Source of the DNA: Coniocarpon cinnabarinum
Lineage: Eukaryota
DNA: 64,000 nucleotides
Assembly: GCA_051942205.1 (NCBI GenBank)
Contig: JAVECO010000038.1
Coordinates: 1 to 64,000, forward strand
Direction of reading: 5' to 3'
A model generated the notes under the pieces. It searched no databases, was not told the origin of the DNA, and saw nothing but the letters and a program-made list of their open reading frames with translations. Position 1 is the first letter of the stretch, and each line of letters begins with the position of its first letter. Below are positions 34,986 to 48,525 of the stretch, one piece after another. The position numbers and the translations under genes were made by a program.

Positions 34986-37256
34986 ATGTCTGATTCGCAG
35001 CCCATAGGCGGCTCGCAAGACGCTCGTGAAAGACAAGATGAGTTTGACATACCAGTATCATCATCCCCAAGTCGGCAGGCAACCAGCGCCCGTCTTGCAT
35101 CTCCAATTCCATTAAATAGATCGTACTCACCTGCCCTGGACAGCACTGCTCACAGCGACAACCATGCAGCATTAGATACTCCCGATGATGAAACTTCACC
35201 TCATTCCGGCACCGGTCCTGATCTCTCCGCCATTACGAGTGATTTCAATATTCCACAGCCTAACCGACCCGGCTCACCTGCTGCCGCTTCGCAAGGTCAA
35301 GCACATCAGACTTCGTCAACCCAAGCTCCCTCAGTTGCTGGATCAGGCGTCGAGCCTCAATCTCGTGACTCGCCTCGCCCATATGAAGACTTTGATGTTG
35401 TCCGTCGTCATCTTGTCGGGCCAGATGACGACCCATGGAGTGAAGGTACCGCTGAACCCGTCTCCCAGCAGCAAGCAGCAAGAGCAGGGGAAGATAAGAA
35501 GCAGCAAGAAACATCACAGGGTCCAGCTCTAGATGAAGATGAGTTTTCAAGCCTACGTCTGCAAGGCGGCGACATCACACGAGACATCTATCGAAGGACA
35601 GAGGCCGAATCCAGCTCGCGAGCGAAGCCACAGCGGAGCAAAAGCATGATACAGCCAAAAGTTGACCCCATCGAGGAGGGTATTGATGACTACAATGATA
35701 TACACCAGCCCGGGGGGTTCCGGCGTCATCACCTCAGACGTAGTGGTCACAGTCCTGGGCCAAGCCAACGCAATGTCGGTACAGCTGCTGGTGAAAGTAC
35801 CAGCCAGCCGCAGCAGGGGTTCCTAACCCGCAATTTCTTCGAATTCCTGTCCCTCTATGGCCATTTCGCTGGTGAGGCAGTGGATGATTTTGATACAGAG
35901 TCTGTGCCAGACTCCCAGCACGGTTCCGATCCAGATCGACACGAGGTAGCACACCGACCGCAAGATGCGGGAGAGCGTGCACCATTGCTCAAGCGCACTT
36001 CCACGTATAAGAGGCGTCGTGAAGAAGAAAGAAAAACGCGCTCTGGTACCACAGGCACCGTCCTCATCCTCCTCAAATCATTCGTTGGCACAGGGGTCTT
36101 GTTTTTACCCAGAGCTTTCATGAACGGTGGCATCGTCTTCAGCTTTGTTGTCATGATTCTAGTGTCTTCTGTGAGCTATTACTGCTTCATACTGCTCACA
36201 ACGTCAAGACTTCAATTGAAAGGCTCCTATGCGGAAATGGCTGAAATGATGTACGGACCCTATTTACGCTCGCTTGTTAATTCCTCGCTGGTCGTCAGCC
36301 AAATCGGCTTTGCTTCGGCGTACATCGTGTTCACCAGCGAAAACCTGCGAGCGTTTGTGCTTGCCGTGACCGATTGCAAAACCTCTATTGACATCAAGCT
36401 CATGATATTGATGCAGCTGGTGGTATTTTTACCCCTGTCACTGTATCGCAACCTGAACAAGCTATCTTTTGTGGTGTACGTTGCAGACCTGTTCATCGTC
36501 CTGGGCATACTTTACCTATACTACTACGGTCTGTCAACCATTGTGGTAGATGGCATATCGGACGTGATTTTTTTCAACTCTAACACATGGACATTATTCA
36601 TCGGCACAGCAGTCTTTACATTTGAAGGTATTGGTCTTATCATACCGATACAAGATGGGATGAAGAAGCCTCAACAGCTGCCGAAAATCCTGGGTCTTGT
36701 CATGATCATCATTACGTCCATCTTTGTCTGCTCTGGGGCGCTTCTCTACGCTGCGTACGGCTCTGAGACAGAAACGGTCATTCTTCTCAACATGAACCAG
36801 GACAACAAGTTTGTGAATGGAGTCCAGTTCATCTACAGTCTTGCCATAGTCCTCTCAACGCCTATGCAGATCTTTCCCGCTATCACGATCATGGAGAACG
36901 GCATCTTCAGCAAGAGTGGCAAATACGACAAAGACATCAAATGGCGCAAGAACGTCTTCCGCTTCGCTGTCGTCATGACGAGTGCCTTGATTGCCTGGAT
37001 TGGCGCTAATGACCTCGACAAATTCGTGGCGCTCACCGGAAGCTTTGCTTGCATACCCTTGGTGTACATCTACCCACCACTCATCCACAAAAGAGCGTTC
37101 GGTGCTTCGAAATGGCAAGGGCGAATTGACTGGCTGCTGACAGGCTGTGGATTTATCCTTATGGCGTACACGTCGGCTATTACAATACAAAGTTGGGCAG
37201 TGGGACCCAAGAAAGAGTCCAACCCTGGGTACTGCGATCGTTTCGGAGGGCCCTGA
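34986..37256 (+). CDS. Vacuolar amino acid transporter (AVT3/AVT4 family)
   Basis: N-terminal SLRLQGGDITRDIY, PGGFRR and FLSLYGHFAGE motifs; Aa_trans domain starting LLKSFVGTGVLFLPRAF, with FTFEGIG and multiple TM helices. Confidence 0.93.
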   Translation: MSDSQPIGGSQDARERQDEFDIPVSSSPSRQATSARLASPIPLNRSYSPALDSTAHSDNHAALDTPDDETSPHSGTGPDLSAITSDFNIPQPNRPGSPAAASQGQAHQTSSTQAPSVAGSGVEPQSRDSPRPYEDFDVVRRHLVGPDDDPWSEGTAEPVSQQQAARAGEDKKQQETSQGPALDEDEFSSLRLQGGDITRDIYRRTEAESSSRAKPQRSKSMIQPKVDPIEEGIDDYNDIHQPGGFRRHHLRRSGHSPGPSQRNVGTAAGESTSQPQQGFLTRNFFEFLSLYGHFAGEAVDDFDTESVPDSQHGSDPDRHEVAHRPQDAGERAPLLKRTSTYKRRREEERKTRSGTTGTVLILLKSFVGTGVLFLPRAFMNGGIVFSFVVMILVSSVSYYCFILLTTSRLQLKGSYAEMAEMMYGPYLRSLVNSSLVVSQIGFASAYIVFTSENLRAFVLAVTDCKTSIDIKLMILMQLVVFLPLSLYRNLNKLSFVVYVADLFIVLGILYLYYYGLSTIVVDGISDVIFFNSNTWTLFIGTAVFTFEGIGLIIPIQDGMKKPQQLPKILGLVMIIITSIFVCSGALLYAAYGSETETVILLNMNQDNKFVNGVQFIYSLAIVLSTPMQIFPAITIMENGIFSKSGKYDKDIKWRKNVFRFAVVMTSALIAWIGANDLDKFVALTGSFACIPLVYIYPPLIHKRAFGASKWQGRIDWLLTGCGFILMAYTSAITIQSWAVGPKKESNPGYCDRFGGP

Positions 37257-38139
37257 GCTTTCTCCTGGTAGGCACATTAGACATTGCAGCGTTTAGCGTT
37301 TAGCGAGCATCCTCACGTGTTGCATTTGAGATGGGAACAGGGTGATGAAGGCGCACATGGATTCGCTGTGTAGCTCCAGCATTCGTTTCCATAGCTCACC
37401 TGACCCCATTTCACACTTCGAAACATGAAAATTCACCGTCTTCTCCTCGAATAGTCCATATCGTCCTCACTAGAAATGACCTCAAATGCAGTGTTCGCGG
37501 TAGTCTAGTACCCTGCGCCGCTCAACCTTTCAAGTCTGTTTCGTGACCCTGCCACTTCTTGTTGCTAGATATCAAATCAATTCGCGTTGCCACCGATAGC
37601 ACAGCTCTGTAGTAATACAAAGATAGCTAGGTATGCTGCCGCGGTAGGACCAGTGTCTCTAAGAGGATGGAGCAGGCCAAATGGAAAATCAGACACCTGC
37701 TGAAGACGTCACTGGCAGACTGAGTGAGCAGGAGTCCAGCGAGTCCGAGGTGAATGATGGTGCATGTGACCCATGTCCTTCTCCTATGACATCGCTTCTT
37801 TTATCCCAATAGTAGCAACGACGGGAAGTGCATTCCGCAATGAGGAGGCATAATGGGACATTAGGACAATGAACGGATGAGACAAGGGCGGCGACCGCTT
37901 CTCCCCTTTGGGAGCAGCCCCTCGCCCCCCACCGCGTGCTGCCTGGGACATCAGGCATACTCCTCCCTTGGTGATCCTCCGCCTGTCTCTGCGCTTTCCT
38001 GTCTGCCAGTATCCATTCGAGTAGTGCTGCTGCGGTCATACTGCTGCCAATTTTTTCCATCAATCAACGCTCCCTTCAATCCTTTTGCCATCATCACTTC
38101 TCTTCTCCCGGGCTGTCACACCTATGTCAAAAACATTCG

Positions 38140-41100
38140 ATGCAAAATTCGGCCTCAACTCGCTCTGCCCAGCTGACCGAGAAGAGAAATGAACTTGCGT
38201 AAGTCATTTCTGCTCCAAAACTCTCAAATTTGATACCATCCGATTCCTCGTGAGAATGCGACAGCGAAAATGGCCCTGGATGGAATTGTTTGCGTGGTGT
38301 GGTGCTGATATTTGATCCAGAGCCGTCGTCCAGTCGCGCAAGCGCAAGCTCTGCGAGCTCTACGCTGTAACGACCTCCCAAGACCCTAATCCAGCCCCCA
38401 TAACCCCCAACTCTCACCCCGCCGACTCTCCAATCTCCCAGTTCCTCGCTCAAAATGACATTGAAAGGTCAGTCTTCCCCCCGTTATCTTGTCATTAACG
38501 TTGTCTTGCGCACTAAAAAGGACCATTTACTTGCGACGAGGCTGCTGCGAGTGGCTGGCTAATTTACCATGTCAGTGGCCACTACTTTGATGAGTCCTCG
38601 CTGCCCCCTCGACCTAAGGTCGAATGGCTTCCCCCATCTCCACCCGAGGAGGTCCTCGACGACACCGCTCACCTCGATGAGGCCGAGTACGAGACTGCTC
38701 CGTCACCGTCCCCCAAGCGGATAAGTCGGTCACGCATTGCTTCACCTCAGAGCATTGGTCAGAAAGATTCATTCAGTCAGACGCCCGAAGATGGCATTAT
38801 TACCCAGCACGCCGAAGCAGATCTTCCCAATGGCTCGATACCTACTCCAAGGAGCGCCATCGAACACGACGATTCGTTGGATCCACGAGCAGTCAAGCCT
38901 TTGCCGCAAAACAAAGCCGCAACACCGCACAGCCCGCCGGACAGTCCCAGGTCACAGTATGTTGACGCAGACACTTCTATGCCTGATCAGCTTCCTTCAG
39001 GAACCATCAACGCGCAGCAACAAGACCGTGAGATATCTTCGGAAACCACTGTTGAGCATAAAAAGAGACAGGGAAGCGCGCCGCTGCCAGAACCTGGCTC
39101 TGGAGCAGTGACCTCTCGGAAACTGCCAGACACGGATCGCGCGCGTTTACTCGCCGAGAGTGGGCCGGGGAGAGGCACATCACTTCCTCCCGCAGGCGCA
39201 CCGCGAAGAGGCAAATCGAAGCATAGGATTTCTACGCGGACATCCCCACGCAAGACGCCAGACCGCCTTTCGGCTATCGACGAAGACAGACGTAATGAGC
39301 AGCATGCGCGCACCGCTATGCGCAGATCTCCAGTCCCAGCATTCGTTTCGCATGACACGCGCAAAGCCGTACAAAGTTCCGCAAACGAAGAACAGAACAA
39401 GCAGCAGTCTACAAGCGACGACGCATCGAAACGAGATCATCTAGGCAGCATCCAGGACCGCCCTACGCCTTCCAAGCGCACCCTCGAAGATGCAATAGAG
39501 GTGCCCCGAGTACCCAAAGCGAAGCGACTGAAACGTGAAAAGTCACAGCTTGCGATAAAGCTAGCGAAAGCTGACCGTTATATTCCAGCGCTGCGACACA
39601 ATAGATTTGCTGGTAGTCAGGAGTACCGTCATCCTGGAGCCAAGAAAGACTACATGCATATCTTGTTTCTCCGGCAGGCGCTCGACTCTGCGTCTGCTTT
39701 CAAAACAGATCTTAGCAATCTTCTCGCGAGCACGTCCAAGACACTCACGACATCGGACTGGGAATCGAATTTTCATGAAAAGAACGAATGCGCGGTGGTG
39801 AAGCGTGTGTATGATTTGCAGCAACGAAATACATGGTCTTTGAGACAACCAAAACCATATCCGGAGCCTGCACGCCCCCCATCGCACTGGGACTATCTCC
39901 TGCGTGAAGCAAAGTGGCTACAGACCGATTTCAGAGAAGAAAGAAAGCTGAAACTGAGTGTGTGCCAGGAGCTCGCACATTGGTGCAAAGAATGGCACGA
40001 CGCTTCGGCATCTGAACGAACTTCATTGCAGCTGATTAGTAACCTCAAGATTACCACCATGAACTGTAAAAGCGACGCATTAGAGGATGCGCGGTCTCCT
40101 CCACAGGCTCTCGATGCAAAGCACAGTCACACGGCATCACAGGACAACTCTGGTGACCTTGCAGAAATCTTTGACTCCACAGGTATGCCAAACAATGCGC
40201 TGGGCAGTGAAGAGCTCGGATCGGAGCTTCTCGACCGCTTGCCATTGCTCGAGCTTTGGAGGTCTAAGCAGCCGCTTAATCAAGACCTTAGCATATCTGC
40301 AGATATGCAACGCATGGCGGATATCCGGCAGGCTATCTCTGCTGACAGCGATGGTTCAAACGACGTGCCGCCCGAATTAGAGCTACCTCCAGATGAAGCC
40401 AGCTGTGCAATCTTTGATCCTGGTTGGAAACAACTACGAGCTCGTGTCAATGCCAGTGTTGCCTTCAAAATGCCGACCTCGCAAATGCCGCCCATGGGCT
40501 TCTACGAGCATCGCAGGGCCTCTCAGTGGACTCCCGAGGATGATCACCAGCTGAAGCAATATGCTAAGGACTTTCCCTCGAATTGGGCACTCATATCAGA
40601 TCGTCTATCGAGTCGGTCGCAGTACACGCCGAGTGTGAATCGGCGAACTCCCTGGGAATGCTATGAAAGATTACTTTGCATGGAAGGTGTGCACTCTGAT
40701 CCTCAGATGCGGCAATATGCCCGTCAATTCTCTATGACCTTGGATCGTATTCGTGCACGATGGCAGCAAAATATGCAACATTCGATGCAAGCGCAGGGAA
40801 TGGCGCAGCAGCTGCAGCATTCGCCTCCTCGATTCCCAGCACCTCTTCGCATTGAGCGGAAGATGCCCAGTCGACGGTTCGCTTGTATCCTCAATGGCGC
40901 GCGCAAGTTGGCACAGAAGCGCGAGGAGCGGGACAGCACTCGCAAGCACAGCCAGTCTGAGACGCTCAGTCAAGTACCTCGACACATGTCCCAGCCGAAA
41001 CCTGACTTTGCTCACACGCCACAGCACTGGAGCGAGGTCAAATTTCAAAAAGAGGAACAGAGCAAGCGACGCGCTATGCAGCTTAAGCAGCAGCAACAAG

Positions 41101-42386
41101 CCCTTGCGCAAGCCCAGCAACAAAACCCGCGACAATCAAGTCAGGCTCTTTACAACAGTGGTCTTTCCCAACGCACAGGATCTAGAGGAGCAGAAGGGCC
41201 ACAAGGCGCACCCACCGCCAACGGACATCTTGCCGTGCCGGGCTCAAATCCGCATCGCAGTCAAGCCTCACAATCAGCACTGCAGGCACCATTGACCAAT
41301 GGAGCACAGCCTAACAACCAATTGGCTGCTCAACTGGCCATGGGAGGGAGACCGCAGAACACCCTGCCTATGCAGCAACGGATGGCATCTGGCTTTGGCA
41401 ACGGTCAACAGTTATCGGATCAAAACCTGCAGCAAATGCTGGTAGCTCAGCAGCAATCGCGTCAACAGCAGCAACAAGCTCTTCAGCATCAGCGACAGAT
41501 GAGCCAAAATAATGTTGGCCATGGCTCTCCTACTATGGGAAACGTGAATGGCATGCCCAACTTAAGTGCGCTGAATCAGTTTAGCGGTGCCAATGGCGAC
41601 AGCCTGCAAAGTCCCAGACTTCCCCACAGCGCGCAGTCTGGGTCGAGCCAAACGTCTCCGAGCATGGCTCACCAGATGATGGCCCAGCTAAACGGTCAAC
41701 GTCCTCACCAGCTTTCCAGCGGTCACGTCACGGTGCTGGATTCGTTAAGGCACAACATCGCCCAGGATAATCCGCAGCTCTCTGCCGACGAAGTCATGAA
41801 TCTTGCCACGAGCCAGCTGCAAAAGACGATGCGTGATCAAAACAGTGTTAACTACGCTCAAAATCGCGCGCTGAATGCTGCAGCAGGCATGCATCAAATG
41901 CCCCAACAACAGCAGCAGCAACCGTCGCAGTCGCAGCAGCGACCTCCAACGCAACAGGGCATGCGCAATCCTCCACAGAGCCCATATCTGAACACTCAGC
42001 AATCGCCTTACCTGCAGAACAGCATGCTCGCAAACCACATGGCCGGCCGCAGCAATAGCCCAGGCAACCCGCTGCAGCAGCAGCAACAGAACTACACACA
42101 AAGCATGCAGCAGCAGATCTCACAGCAGATGCAGCGGAACGGCGTTATGAGTCCCACCGCCACCGCCGCAAGTCCTACGAACCCGGCGAGCAGCCCGCCA
42201 ATGGGCTCGGCGACCATGATGTCCGGTATGCCCTTCGCTAATGGCCCTGCGCGTACTCCCACGCCGGGTCAGAATGCGATGCGACCGCCCAGTGCGGCGA
42301 TGATGGATCAGCGGCCAGGCAGCGCGAATGCAATGGCCATGGGTGCAGGGAGTCCACGACCGGTGAGCAGCCAGGGCGTGCAGTAG
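38140..42386 (+). CDS. EAF1: NuA4 complex scaffold subunit EAF1/VID21
   Basis: Exons 38140-38198, 38321-38467 and 38576-42386 give SRKRKLCELY..FLAQNDIE|GHYFDESSLP. HSA region WSLRQPKPYPEP..HWDYLLREAKWLQTDFREERKLK, SANT/Myb WTPEDDHQL..SNWALISD..RRTPWECYER, Q-rich tail. Confidence 0.92.
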
Positions 42387-43324
42387 AACTGTGCGGTCTA
42401 GTGTGAATGGAGTCTGGGATAGGGATCATCAAGGTGGGTGGGTGGCGGAGAGAAGCGAGCGCTTGACCTCGAATTGTATATATTGCGCTTGAGGCGCGGC
42501 GTTTTTGACGTGCGGAAAACTTGGTGGTTCTGTGCTGCGCTTTCAGTTACCTTGCTGCTGTCTTTCACAGGGCTGACTGTGTTGGATGGTGTGGCTTTGA
42601 GGAGGCGGATAGGAAACTAGCGGTGCGTCGCGCGCTGCTGCGTGCGCACTCGGACGAAACATGACGATGAATTGAATGCTGCGGCAGTGAATGTCGCATT
42701 TGACAACTTCGCAAGATTGAAGACAGTCAGCATTGTAACCTGGCACGTGCCTGGAGGTGGCATCGTACTTCACAGGCATAGGTCAATCTGATGTGTTCAC
42801 TAATACTATGCACCTGTTTCGCAACAAATCAAGTGCAAACATCCTTACCATGCCCTCCTGTAGAGCAATTTGATCATAGCGGGTTGAAACCCCAGTCTTG
42901 ACTGTCGAGGAAAGAAGCAACCAGGTTCCCGTGCCTATTTACTCTTTTTTCTTCCCCCTAAGCACTCACATGCAATTCGATTCTTTCGCATATCACATTG
43001 CCATTCATTGTTTACTAGAAGTATCCTCCCAGCTTGAGATGATGCTTTGTTCTATTGGTCTGGATCGAAGCGCTGCACGAATATGATGAGAGAAGCTTTG
43101 ATGTTGCAAAGAACCATCATCATTCATTCCTTGTGCTGAGCTCGAAGACTTTAGAGATATTGCTGTCAGCTTTTCTTGATTTGCGACTGCAGCTTGGAGA
43201 GTAGTCACGCCAGACACTGGACAGGAAACAAGAAGGACGAAACATGGACCACAAAAATTAATGTTATCGAATGCACAAAAATACACAGGATCGCTCCTCC
43301 CTTTGCAGCCTAGATGGCAGCAGT

Positions 43325-43931
43325 CTACTCTTGAATTTGTTCACCAACTGTCGCCTTGACGCAGTTGCCATCATAGGGACAGTCTTGAGTCCCCTGCGGA
43401 CACGTACGGAGATATGGAATTGGCACGCACAACCCTCTCCAATCATGATCCAATCCGTCTGAGCGCATTGCGCGTTAGCAGGGTGATCGCGAAATTCTGA
43501 TCGAATGGGTGCGCAACATACATGGCATTACAGCCACCGTATCGCCGGTGCAGTCCTGCGAATTATAGAAGCTCAGTGTTGGTAGGTTGTCTGTGCAGGG
43601 TCCGCTTGCGTCCAGACTGGCTTGAAGGTCAGCGGCTTGGTTCGCCGGCTGGCTGGCTCTTCAGGGGCTCCAGGTTAACTCACAGGACGTAGGCCGGATT
43701 GTCGATGGTCATTTGCACCGCCGGTGGATCGTCGCCTAACCAGCCTTCACCACCCTGAGGACTCAGTCGGATGTTGTCCAGATTCGAGTTGGGCGAGCCG
43801 TGGTTGCCACAGCTGCTGTCGGCATAGTCTGACAGGAAATACGTCCAGCTGCAGGGTTCTATTTGTCCGCGGACGAGGGGGAGGTGAGGCAGGACGCTGA
43901 TAAAGAGCGCAAATGCGAAGTGTGAGTGCAT
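43325..43931 (-). CDS. Small secreted cysteine-rich protein A (~158 aa, 8 Cys), effector-like
   Basis: Signal-peptide-like MHSHFAFALFISVLPHLPLVRG; introns 43683-43617 and 43521-43459; spliced protein ends ...GLCVPIPYLRTCPQGTQDCPYDGNCVKATVGEQIQE. Paralog of 48526-49130. Confidence 0.85.
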
Positions 43932-45996
43932 CTTGGGGCTATGGAGGTCGAAAGCTAAACAAGTGAATGAATGAATGAATGAACGAATGAAAGGATTTAT
44001 TGCTGTCTACGCTGCTCTGGTGGGAAGGAACGTGTGAAATAAATAATCTCTGGAATGGTTGATGAGAGACCGTCCTCTCCCCCAACACACATGAGAGCGG
44101 ATTGGAAGACGGCACATCAAGCACAGCGGCCCGCAGAGAAGCTCTTGAGCATCCTGTGCTGCGCCCAAAGACAGGCTGGAAGTACTCGACGAAGGATTTT
44201 CGAGTCCGTGCAGCAACACTTTGGCTAGAGTCGCAAGCGTTTTGGACCCATCCAGAAGTAACGCATTCAAGTAAATCGCGGAAGAGGCTGAATCGACCTA
44301 GGCAGCTTGGACACGTCTCTGCGATCTACCTGTCAGTCAGTGAGGCACCCCCTGGGCGCACCTGGAGATTTCTGACGAACAGTCATCCGCCTCGTCGGAT
44401 GATATGATATTAATTTTGCAGGAGCTCTAACGTGTGGTCATTCATGTCGTTCGAGACGAACCGGACCCCTACAGAGTGGCTGTTATAATTAGATTCCCTT
44501 GACCGGGCCGTCCGGATCGTCATTGCTTGTGTGCTAGTCTCGGCCGCTCAGACGTTCCGCATTCGCGAAGCAGATCTGGCGTGATGTTGTTCTACGCATT
44601 GTTCTCCTGAACGTGGCTGGGCGGCGGGTGCGCTTAGGCTGGTGCGGACTCTAACAGCAATGATCGATATGACTCTGTGCTAAAGGGCAGAGCATGCGCT
44701 ATACCAGCTGCCTAAAAAGGCAATACTGGGTACTACCTCCTTGCCACAACGACTGCTCCTCAGTCCTCTTGACAATGACATTGGCAATAGCAACGGCGGC
44801 TTGGTCTCTGAATTACATTTCCGGTGAAACAAACTTGTTATCCCATGCAGTTCTTGCCTACAGTGATATGTCTTTTGGAAGGCTTACTTGCTGGAGCCGA
44901 CTAGACAGCCCCAGTCACTGATGACAGAGCATCAGCAGCAAGGAACATCGATCTGTGAAGTTTCGAGAAGCGCCACACCAAGCTTGTGAAATTGATGTGA
45001 GCGTAACCTGGGAAGCTGAAAAAAGGGAGCAACGGCAGCTTCACCGTCCACAATGCACGTGACGTTAAATAATCGACAGTATCACGTGATATTGCATGCA
45101 CTCTAGGCCACTCCTGCAGTGAGAAATGAAGCTACTTTGACTGATATACAAATGACACTGTACACTAGGGCTCCTTTGAAGGTATGTTTCGAGCCGATGG
45201 TGGTCTGCATTCCTGTGTGGCAAGTTTCTTGCAGGCATGACCCACGCCGCGTGATCTCACGTCTGACCGAGACCTGACACGAGAAACGAGCGGCGCCATC
45301 GATCTGAAGCGCTATCACTATCCTTCAGCCGTGGCAATACGACGTATGAAGTTTGTACTACCCTCTTATCTACTTTATCATCATTCTGTGTGCTGCGACA
45401 GTAGTGGTTGAGATTAGGTAGTGGGAACGCGAAGGAGGACGACCACGGTGGAATGGTACGTTGGAGGAGGCAGATTTTCTGATGCTCGGGAGGTGCTCCC
45501 TTCCATTCTCACACGCTTGTTTTCCATCAGCGACGATGGCTTCGAAAGTTCGCCCCTTTCCGTACATTATGGTGACGGAGCGATGAATGTAGGAGATTCA
45601 ACGTTGGTGAACACGGTAGTACTTTTTGATGTCAGGATACTGGCGAGTTGCTTGCGTGCCATGATGGCTGTTGTATGCTATAACTAGCTAGCGCCGGAGT
45701 GACCGCTTGTATTATTGGAGGATGTCCATAATGATATGGATGGTTCGAACGATCGTGGGTCTAATAGCGAAGAGCTGGGTGTCAAAGATGCGGCAGACAT
45801 ATCTGCGGATAAGGGCGACACCTTGCGGCGTGCGAGGAGCAAATGAGTCTGGAGCTTGGCCTCCTCGGAGCAGTCCATGAAAAGATGTCTGCCCAAACAG
45901 TTCAATCATGTGCTCCTCCTGTTCATGCTCTGGACACGAGCCCGAGCCTGGAAGATTGTTGGACTGAGATGCCACCGAGTGCTCGGGTGGCTTCAT

Positions 45997-47830
45997 TTAT
46001 CGGGTGATATGGGGGAAGTATGCGGACCACGTTGGTATGTCGTAGATTCCTGGCGGGGAATGCGCAAGGCTGATGAGGCATTCAATAATCAGGTACACTC
46101 TTGCCAGCATGTAGACCAGTAAAAACAGACCGCAAAGTGAGGACACCCAGTTGATTGTCGTATTGTTCAAGCAACAGCAACCTTCACACTCTGTGAATTG
46201 GGCTCCGCTATCGAAGGTGTCGGCCAGTTTCCATAGGATGCTGAGACGTGGAAATCCACTTAGAATGATGCATGCTAAAGCGCGCCACAACTGCTGCTCA
46301 ACAGGCGTGCATGCCATGGTAGAGCATGGAGTCCGCCACATATTGCAGCAGCCAAAGTAAAGCCGATGAAGATTCCTCCCTTGCCTCTGATGGCATTGTA
46401 CTTAAGCCTTCTCACAAGAATCTCAGCACAGGATCGCGCAAACATGTTATAACTGGCCTTTTCGAAGTATTCGAGCCCATTCCAGGCCATCGGCCATCGT
46501 CGCATATCGCAAGACCGACGTAGTGTGTAGCTTGAAATAAATTGAGTGCATAATTCTCCTTGTAATACATATCCCTTTTGTCTCGCAGCCGTAGCCCTAG
46601 AAAACTGAGATGATGTCCTTGTTTTAGCCTGTAACAATCCTCATAGCGGCTTGTGTCTTGCGCTGGTATTAGTGGCAGATGCGAGTTCGCTGTGTGCAGA
46701 TCCAGTGGTACAGTATTGTCGTCCCACTCCGATTTCTGAAAGTGTTTGACGAGTCCATGCTCGCGAACGAGAAACTCTGTGCTTGCATATTTGCGGTCGC
46801 TTGTCAATGCATTGAGAATAGACCTACTGCAGTTGGAATTAACAACCCCCGAGCGTCTGTGGACGTCTTCACCCACATGACCAAGGTTATTGAACATGTA
46901 ATCCAATGCTCGAAGATTCTGTAGCCGCTCATCGGTGAGAAGGGAAGGATACTCAACATCAAAGGGCCTGCCCGATCCCGTCAGCATGGACAAAGTCATT
47001 CAGACAAGCATGGGCACACTTACTTATGCCATCAGAGAACGTAGATGAGTAACGCGCATATGCAATGAGCAAAAGTGTTCAAATCGAGAAGCGTGACTGG
47101 AATCCGCTGCGCCACTGGGAGAGAATATCAGCAACAGACATGAGCGAGCAAAGTGGCTGCTGAGGTCGAGCGTACAGCGTGCGATGATCTGCGCAATGAA
47201 GTAGACCGCTTGAACACAGACGAAAGATTTCGCAGCGCTGTCCGTACGACTCCTCGACGCAATCTCTTCTTGCGAAAGGTGGGGAAGCGTTTCTCGCAAG
47301 TCGTCGGATTCTAAAAACTTTCGAACAGTATCTCCAGTCAGCGATCGTACCTCGGGCCTATTATCGGGCAGAAAGCGTTGACTTTCAGGTGGTTCCATTG
47401 CATCTTTGAGGGCGAAACCACCCATTTGCGCGTAGAACGCGTGCACGAGGGTCCACGGGTGGCGAGTAAATGTACCGGGCTGGGGTTGAGATTCAAGCGC
47501 GGGTTGCTAACAAGAGGTGAGTGAGTTTGATTCAGCCAAAGCTAGTGAGGGAACTGACTTTGGTGGGAGCGTTTGTTGAGGAGCTCAGGTATGACTTGAT
47601 CTTACGAGTGGTCCTCGCCCAAAAGCTCAGAGGGTTGGGAAGATCGTAGGTCTTGTTCGCTTCGCGCATGAGATCTTGAGCCCTTCGTCTCTAGTCCCTG
47701 TATCTATATCAATGATGCGTGTTCCCTTGAGGGGTTTCGCACGAGAACACACCATGCCGTGAACGCAACAAATTCTGGAGCGAGCATAGCTACCACTAAC
47801 CAAAGAGCTTTAATGACTAACTTACAGCCG
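45997..47830 (-). pseudogene. Disrupted member of a widespread fungal multi-pass membrane hypothetical family (HxFYAxMGGF / WWxKP / RxYLxxE)
   Basis: Remnant motifs MLAPEFVAFTAW, WTLVHAFYAQMGGF, KSFVCVQA, PVTLLDLNTFAH, GGLHAL.W, EQQLWR and ARVYLIIECLISL..YDIPTWSAYFPHI. Premature TGA at 47034-47032 in place of the first W of WWHKP, frameshifts near 46520 and 46310, and the N-terminus is not recognisable. Confidence 0.8.
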
Positions 47831-48525
47831 ACGGTGTCTGTTCCATTCCCAAAGAGTAGTGACCCCATCCTGAAGACGGCACGAGTATGGTTGACACAGG
47901 GCGATACTATCGATGCAACTCCTGACTTCCATTTGTACGAACTTGTGTGGGGACGACATTTTCATTTATTGGCACTACGAGCCAAACGGCCTCATTTCCT
48001 TGCGTCTGCATTACTGTAGTTGCAGCCTGCTCAGCCCCTTGGGGGGTAAGCCGTTACGTGAAATGAAGATGTTGCATGTGACATGCACGTGATCTATTAG
48101 CCCTGTAATTCCAGGCCGGGCGCTCGTTTGAGCTCAAATTCACCATAGCGTCATTAGCGTTGCGCGCTGTGAAGATTATGGGATCTCAGAACCTAGAGGG
48201 TCAGAACAGCGTTGTTGGAGGGAAGTATATCTTTGAGGTGAAGGCGAATGCGGATCTTGACGACCAAAACTGTTGATGGCTATCCGATGAACGGTGCAGG
48301 ACGCGCTGCCTCTGCTTTGCCATGGCAGCTTGGAAAATTACTGAAGTTTAACAAATAAGAAACAAAGAAGTATATGAAAGTTGCTACAGCTCACGACGCT
48401 GATCGACGTCTCGATAGCATTTCTCTCTTGCCGGTGTTCTTCATTACAACGCCTCATTCCATTTTCTTCTTCCTTTGTAGGTTGGAAGACAGCAGGCACT
48501 TCTCTCCTTTCGAATGATTGAAAGG

